Of a stretch of 64,000 bases of DNA, positions 57,446-64,000 are shown piece after piece. The notes beneath the pieces are model-generated. The model did not search any database, had not been told where the DNA came from, and saw nothing but the letters and a program-made list of their open reading frames with translations. A program made the translations under genes and the position numbers. Every line of letters begins with the position of its first letter. Position 1 is the stretch's first letter. Source of the stretch: Nageia nagi (lineage: Eukaryota; Plantae; Pinophyta); contig JBITNC010000002.1 of the NCBI GenBank assembly GCA_050084985.1, positions 1 to 64,000 on the forward strand, written 5' to 3'.

Positions 57446-60218
57446 TATTTGATCTAATATTTCTAATAATTGAGAGTAAATAATGTTACACAAATATTTA
57501 CATTTTATTAAATTTTAAATTCAATAATTATAAAAAGTTATGTAAAAGCAATAAATATAATTCACTTAAACATCTATTAATATATAGAACTAAGAAGAAT
57601 TGCATATAAATACTTTAAAAATAAATTATTTACAAATACATTTCAAATAAATCTATAATATTTTGTTTAGAAATATTATGTTGTTTACAATAATAATGCA
57701 AAGATACAAGTAATTTTTTAACAACCAGCACATACTTCATAAGATGAATTGACTCAACAAAATAAAATGCTATAATCAAATGTTATCAAACTGATGCATT
57801 TTCATAATGCTTGTTTGTATAAGAATCTTGCATCAACTCTTAAGTTAAATATAAATTCTTTAAAAATAAATATCAAATAAATTACTTACAAATATATTTC
57901 AAATAAATGTATAATTTATTTAGAAATACTATTTTGTTTACAAATAATAATTCAAAGATACAAATAATTTTTTAACAACCATGCACATATTTCATAAGAT
58001 GAATTGACTCAACAAAATAAAATACCATAACCAGATGTTATGGAACTTTGCATTTTTTAAATGCTTATTCATATAAATATCTTGCATCAACTCTTAAAAG
58101 TTAAATATAAATAATTTAAAAATAAATATCAAATAAATTACTTACAGATATATTTCAAATAAATCTATAATACACATATTTTGTTTAAAAATATTATACT
58201 ATTTACAAATAATTTAATGCAAAGATACAAGTAATTTTTTAACAACCATACACATACTATCATAAGATGAATTAACTCAACAAAATAAAATACCATATCC
58301 AAATGTTATGAAACTGTTGCATTTTCATAATGATTGTTCATAAGTGTCTTGGAGATCTATCTTTTTATTCCATCGTACTATTTGATCTAATATTTCTAAT
58401 AATTGAGAGTAAATAATGTTACACAAATATTTACATTTTATTAAATTTTAAATTCAATAATTAATAAAAAGTTATGTAAAAGCAATAAATGTAATTCACT
58501 TAAACATCTATTAATATATAGAACTAAGAAGAATTGCATATAAATACTTTAAAAATAAATTATTTACAAATACATTTCAAATAAATCTATAATATTTTGT
58601 TTAAAAATATTATGTTGTTTACAAATAATAATGCAAAGATACAAGTAATTTTTTAACAACCAGCACATACTTCATAAGATGAATTGACTCAACAAAATAA
58701 AATGCTATAATCAAATGTTATCAAACTGATGCATTTTCATAATGCTTGTTTGTATAAGAATCTTGCATCAACTCTTAAGTTAAATATAAATTCTTTAAAA
58801 ATAAATATCAAATAAATTACTTACAAATATATTTCAAATAAATGTATAATATTATTTAGAAATACTATTTTGTTTACAAATAATAATTCAAAGATACAAA
58901 TAATTTTTTAACAACCATGCACATATTTCATAAGATGAATTGACTCAACAAAATAAAATACCATAACCAGATGTTATGGAACTTTGCATTTTTTAAATGC
59001 TTATTCATATAAATATCTTGCATCAACTCTTAAAGTTAAATATAAATAATTTAAAAATAAATATCAAATAAATTACTTACAGATATATTTCAAATAAATC
59101 TATAATACACATTTTTGTTTAAAAATATTATACTATTTACAAATAATTTAATGCAAAGATACAAGTAATTTTTTAACAACCATACACATACTTCATAAGA
59201 TGAATTAACTCAACAAAATAAAATACCATATCCAAATGTTATGAAACTGTTGCATTTTCATAATGATTGTTCATAAGTGTCTTGGAGATCTATCTTTTTA
59301 TTCCATCGTACTATTTGATCTAATATTTCTAATAATTGAGAGTAAATAATGTTACACAATATTTACATTTTATTAAATTTTAAATTCAATAATTAATAAA
59401 AAGTTATGTAAAAGCAATAAATGTAATTCACTTAAACATCTATTAATATATAGAACTAAGAAGAATTGCATATAAATACTTTAAAAATAAATTATTTACA
59501 AATACATTTCAAATAAATCTATAATATTTTGTTTAGAAATATTATGTTGTTTACAAATAATAATGCAAAGATACAAGTAATTTTTTAACAACCAGCACAT
59601 ACTTCATAAGATGAATTGACTCAACAAAATATAAATGCTATAATCAAATGTTATCAAACTGATGCATTTTCATAATGCTTGTTTGTATAAGAATCTTGCA
59701 TCAACTCTTAAGTTAAATATAAATTCTTTAAAAATAAATATCAAATAAATTACTTACAAATATATTTCAAATAAATGTATAATATTATTTAGAATATATA
59801 TTTTGTTTACAAATAATAATTCAAAGATACAAATAATTTTTTAACAACCATGCACATATTTCATAAGATGAATTGACTCAACAAAATAAAATACCATAAC
59901 CAGATGTTATGGAACTTTGCATTTTTTAAATGCTTATTCATATAAATATCTTGCATCAACTCTTAAAAGTTAAATATAAATAATTTAAAAATAAATATCA
60001 AATAAATTACTTACAGATATATTTCAAATAAATCTATAATACACATATTTTGTTTAAAAATATTATATTATTTACAAATAATTTAATGCAAAGATACAAG
60101 TAATTTTTTAACAACCATACACATACTTCATAAGATGAATTAACTCAACAAAATAAAATACCATATCCAAATGTTATGAAACTGTTGCATTTTCATAATG
60201 ATTGTTCATAAGTGTCTT
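57418..60218 (+). repeat. 933-bp AT-rich tandem repeat, 3 copies, each with ~260-bp subrepeats
   Basis: GGAGATCTATCTTTTTATTCC at 57418, 58351 and 59284. Confidence 0.93.
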
Positions 60219-60471
60219 GCATCAACACTAATTTAAATATTTATCCTTCGCATGATGAGATACTACTTACACATTTGAGCACATTCAAAGTGAAATGCAA
60301 GATTTAAACACAGAAAAGAATTCATAGGATAAAATCCAACACAAATCTTGCATAAATCACATTTAGAGTAAGCAGGGAATAATTGAACTTACATTTCTTA
60401 GATCTCAAACTGAAAGAACTATCATGTATGGAGCAGTCTCAGGTCCAACTCCACCATCAACCTCACCCCAC

Positions 60472-60801
60472 TCATCTTTTATCTGCATACCGTTCCTCTC
60501 CGTCTCTAGCCTCTTGTTTCTTCTTGTGCGAGTTTCTGCGTAAGGTGGTTTCACGTCTGCGTTTGTAAGCGTCACACACATCGCAATTGCAGCCATCAGG
60601 GTGTCTATTTCCTCTGGAAGGCTGTCTACATACAATGCAAGTGCAGTCTGCTCGATGCCCAGGATGTCTACGAACCCTATTTCTATCTCTCACATGAGCA
60701 ACAGAAGCTGGAAGTGCATTCATCTTATTGGCAATATGAGGTACTGATTGGACGTTGGCAATGACATTAGAAGGATCAATCATCTTGATCAGAATATTCA
60801 T
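60472..60801 (-). CDS. Small ORF/fragment resembling the Cys/His-rich C-terminal motif of VAL/HSI2 B3 repressors
   Basis: HPGHRADCTCIVCRQP..HPDGCNCDVC...KRR resembles the VAL motif HPRHRxGCxCIVCxQPP..HKPxCxCxVC...KRR (recalled, not searched). Confidence 0.65.
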   Translation of the reverse strand: MNILIKMIDPSNVIANVQSVPHIANKMNALPASVAHVRDRNRVRRHPGHRADCTCIVCRQPSRGNRHPDGCNCDVCDAYKRRRETTLRRNSHKKKQEARDGEERYADKR

Positions 60802-60996
60802 CTATTTGATATTCTTCCTTCCATTTATATAATAATTTTTGAAAAGATGTGTCTTTTAATATTTCAGTCGGCTATATAATTTTAATTTTAAAAAAATTAT
60901 TTTCCCGCCAATTGTTTAACGGACGGACTCACATGCGACATTTTGCTCCCCCACTCCACCCCCCATGCTGCAGCTGTAGAAACGCCTCTCGGCGTA

Positions 60997-61580
60997 ATTA
61001 CATCATTTTAATAATAGTTATTAGCTTTATTTTATTTAATTTTGTAATTTTATAATTAAGTGATTTTATAATTATTTAATTTTTTGACTTTTAAGTCATT
61101 AAATTATTTAATTATTTAATTACTTAATTAAAAACTTAATTTATGACATATTTTGTCATTTAATTAAATTATTTAATTTTTTTGGCTTTATTTTAAGTCA
61201 TTAAATTAAATTAAAATTTAGCTTAACTAATTTCCCTCCACCTTCATGTGATTTGTCTTCATTTTCAATTTAGACTTTTCACCTTCAACTCCCATTTTGG
61301 AGTCTTTTGGTTGAGGAAAACTATTTAATATGTCCACCCCTCAATTCATTCGCATCTTATTTGCAGTCCAACTGATGAGTCCTATTTGGACGAAACCGGT
61401 CTTGGGCATTTAAGATCTGAAGGATTTATGTAATTACTCATTTTTATAATGAAAAATTCTTAAATTCTCTTATGTTTTGAGTTTTATTTCCTTTTCAAAG
61501 CAGCTAGTGATCCCTCAAAATTTTATTAATCCTAAAATTTTATTAATCCTAAATTTTATTAATCCTAAATTTTTTTAATC
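60997..61580 (+). mobile_element. Solo leader/pLTR of family E ending in a short TTTTATTAATCCTAAA array
   Basis: Near-identical to ~51085-51640. Confidence 0.85.
61366..61407 (+). ncRNA. Type I hammerhead ribozyme
   Basis: Same as 51469-51510. Confidence 0.9.
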
Positions 61581-61817
61581 ATTTTTATTACTAAATATTT
61601 AAATATTTAATATTTAAATATTTTAATATTTATGGAAGAAATTTCACATGGATGAAGTGGAAAGTAAAAGGTGTTTTCTCACTTCGTCCTCACTTGAGAA
61701 TAGGAGCTGAATGGTTTTCCTCATGTTGTCTTCTTGTGCAACTAAAAAACCAACAAATCTCTCCTTTTCTCCTATTTATTTGACATAATTTCATTGTAAA
61801 ACCATTCCAAAGTGCAA

Positions 61818-61859
61818 GTGCAACTGATGAGGCTTAATGAGCCGAAACTAGTTTTGCAT
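61818..61859 (+). ncRNA. Type I hammerhead ribozyme (ACTAGT stem III, GUU triplet)
   Basis: GTGCAA-CTGATGA-GGCT(TAATG)AGCC-GAA-ACTAGT-T-TTGCAT. Confidence 0.85.
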
Positions 61860-62017
61860 GCAACCTTTGTAAGTTTTTGTAGTTTTCCATTAATGAAAAT
61901 TGCAAATTATTTTTCTTTGATTTTTGTCAATCTTTCAATTCTGATGTTGAATTATTGAAAGCAGCCAGTCATCTGGTAAATTTTTTATATAGTCTTAAAT
62001 TTTTCGCTATCTTGACA

Positions 62018-63706
62018 ATGGCCCACAATAATCAACGGATCGCCTCACGAATTGGGTCCTCGAACCCTCTCTCCCATGGCGATCACCAACAATGCACTCC
62101 AAGCAAACGGTTGAGGGCAGAGACCGGTGAACCAGTTCCTGTGGCTGCGCCTCTTGCTATCTATGATAACAACACCCAACGAGGCAAGTTCTTTCCTGCC
62201 CATGGCCCTTCATCCTTACCTGCTGACTTGGAGCGCACCCTACACCTTTTGAATGAGCGATTGAGCAAGATTGAAGGAGCCACGCGTATCATGGATGAGG
62301 CCACTGATAATAGGTTCTGTAATGTGAGCGAACGATTGGAGCGGATTGATGAACGTTGTATGGATCGATTCGAGTTGCTATCCGTCCAGTTGCAACATGT
62401 CATCCGTGCTCTCCCCTCCACATCGAGTGCGCCACCTCCACAAAATGATACCTCTGCTCTTCAACCTGGCACTTGCTCACAACCACAACCTGCCAACGCC
62501 CCTCAACCTCCTCCGTCTACCACGCAACCGCACAGGCCACAAGAACCTCGCATTCATCGCGAGCCACAAGAACCCTGCTCCCCCGATCGTGATGTTGATG
62601 GAAATGTGGAAATGGCGGATGGCATTGGAAATACTGAACCTCCATCGCGTGTTGGAAATGTGGATGATTCTCATAATGCTAGAAACTCTGAAACTCCATC
62701 GCACGTTGAGGTATTCCCTTCACCAATCGCTGTTTTGATCAATGCCTCCTTTGATGAATACAAGCGACGCTGCTTGCAGGCTGAGCGCTCGCACAACTAC
62801 GTTCTCAAGCTGAAGAAGCATAAAGAGGATGGCACTTTACCAAAGTGTTTAATGATTAAAGCCCCTAAAGTCACCATCAATGATGATGAAGGAAATGCAG
62901 TCTTCACCACTTGCCTGGAGTCTGCGCAACGTACAGCGAACATGGAATTCCTAAAAGGCATGATCACAGGAATGGAGAAAGCAGCCTCCAATCATAAACT
63001 AGCGATCATTGCCGTTACAAATTCCTTCAAAACAACATTGAGGGATGCCATCTCTGTTGTGGAAAATGCTAACGTGATAGAGTCTCACTCCATTCCTTCG
63101 ACGGGATGGTTTGAAGCTGCAGTAGCTTCTTATGGAAATAAATGCACTCAATGGATGCTGCAACATGTCCTTAAGAAAAGTGCCCAAGAGAGTGCTGCTG
63201 CTGCTCGTCAAGAAGCCCATGATACGGCCCAAGAGGAGGCTGATCGGATGCCCACCGAAGCCTCAGTTGCTCAACTGATCAACAAGAATTTTCAATCCTT
63301 GCAACATTCCATCCAGCAAGAATTGAAGGAGATCAAAGCTTTCGTTGGTTTCAAACCTTCTGCTCAACAGCCTGCAAAGAAAAAGAAGGCCAATAAAGTA
63401 AAAAACACCCAAGCTCTGCCAAAAAACGGGAATGGATCCGGGGACCTTCCCCGGAATACCACTTCAACTGTCTCTGGACAGTTGCCATCAAAGCCAAAGT
63501 ATAAATCCCGAAAGAAGCAGATGCCTGCCCAATCTGCTGGGCAAAGTGGTGGATCCAACGTAAACATTTCTGCCCCCCAGAAAGCAGCAACCCAACAAAC
63601 CAACACATCCGGTGGCAAGAGGAAACGAAGGCGCAACAGGAAGAAGAAGAGCGGCCAAAACTTGCAGAATACCAACAAGTCTGCAAACGCCAACGTTTCC
63701 GGATAA
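62018..63706 (+). CDS. PLE ORF1, family D
   Basis: Shares blocks with A/B ORF1: ASFDEYKR..LQAERS, HKEDGTLPK, INDDE, EADRMPTE, KNG..SGDLPRN. Confidence 0.88.
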   Translation: MAHNNQRIASRIGSSNPLSHGDHQQCTPSKRLRAETGEPVPVAAPLAIYDNNTQRGKFFPAHGPSSLPADLERTLHLLNERLSKIEGATRIMDEATDNRFCNVSERLERIDERCMDRFELLSVQLQHVIRALPSTSSAPPPQNDTSALQPGTCSQPQPANAPQPPPSTTQPHRPQEPRIHREPQEPCSPDRDVDGNVEMADGIGNTEPPSRVGNVDDSHNARNSETPSHVEVFPSPIAVLINASFDEYKRRCLQAERSHNYVLKLKKHKEDGTLPKCLMIKAPKVTINDDEGNAVFTTCLESAQRTANMEFLKGMITGMEKAASNHKLAIIAVTNSFKTTLRDAISVVENANVIESHSIPSTGWFEAAVASYGNKCTQWMLQHVLKKSAQESAAAARQEAHDTAQEEADRMPTEASVAQLINKNFQSLQHSIQQELKEIKAFVGFKPSAQQPAKKKKANKVKNTQALPKNGNGSGDLPRNTTSTVSGQLPSKPKYKSRKKQMPAQSAGQSGGSNVNISAPQKAATQQTNTSGGKRKRRRNRKKKSGQNLQNTNKSANANVSG

Positions 63707-64000
63707 ATCTATGGGGCGCGGTGGTGGATCCAAAACAGTTTGCCCTCATCATTTTCTCAAGAAAATTACCTTCTGATATTGACCTTCGGATTACTAATTT
63801 TGTAATCCATAATCTGTCAAGTAGAAGGCTCAGTTATGAGGATAAAAAATTGCTTGGTTTGGGAATCAAATTCATCCCACGTCCACCACCTATGACTGAA
63901 GATCTAATGCATGTTGAATTTCGGGCTTTTATTCGAAAGCTCAGACTTCGTGCATACTTTGGACCTGATCCAGTTTTATCTCCACAACCTGATGCCAGGC
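63421..64000 (+). pseudogene. -1 frame N-terminus of RT, family D (one TAA where other copies have CAA; partial)
   Basis: A_AAA_AAC plus hairpin, then CLWT...CPICWAKWW...HFC...RFRINLWG...GIKFIPRPPP. Confidence 0.8.

Larger units (their letters stand above)
61600..64000 (+). mobile_element. Divergent EN-deficient-type PLE (family D), runs off the window
   Basis: HHR, ORF1 homologue, frameshift signal, RT N-terminus (IHNLS..LLGLGIKFIPRPPPMT). Confidence 0.88.

Overview
Land-plant subtelomere. The + strand is the C-rich telomeric strand (CCCTAAA)n, so the chromosome end lies to the left. Positions 1-51 kb are a head-to-tail chain of endonuclease-deficient Penelope-like retroelements (PLEs), all on the + strand. 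Each has a coiled-coil/Q-rich ORF1, a YVDD reverse transcriptase with no GIY-YIG domain, and pseudo-LTRs carrying a type I hammerhead ribozyme. Telomeric tracts separate the copies. Telomeric EN-minus PLEs are a known class (Athena/Coprina; also reported in Selaginella, a plausible but unproven host). The main unexplained structure is that each copy's proximal end is a tandem array of a 17- or 18-nt unit. The unit matches a 1.5-unit 'template' in that copy's own 5' leader, including subfamily-specific variants and read-through errors, which suggests telomerase-like reiterative repeat synthesis by the element's RT. Other notable features: an internal ACCCTAAACCCT seed in the RT ORF that marks 5' ends and is expanded in place once; a conserved -1 frameshift signal fusing ORF1 to a Cys/Trp-rich domain plus RT; and two subfamilies (353 and 291 bp) of a structured non-coding tandem repeat that joins telomeric DNA at AAAACCCTA. 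Positions 51-64 kb hold a non-autonomous HHR element, a foldback, SAUR and VAL-like gene fragments, AT-rich satellites and a divergent PLE. Homopolymer indels and noisy telomere tracts suggest long-read consensus errors, so individual frameshifts and stops are uncertain.
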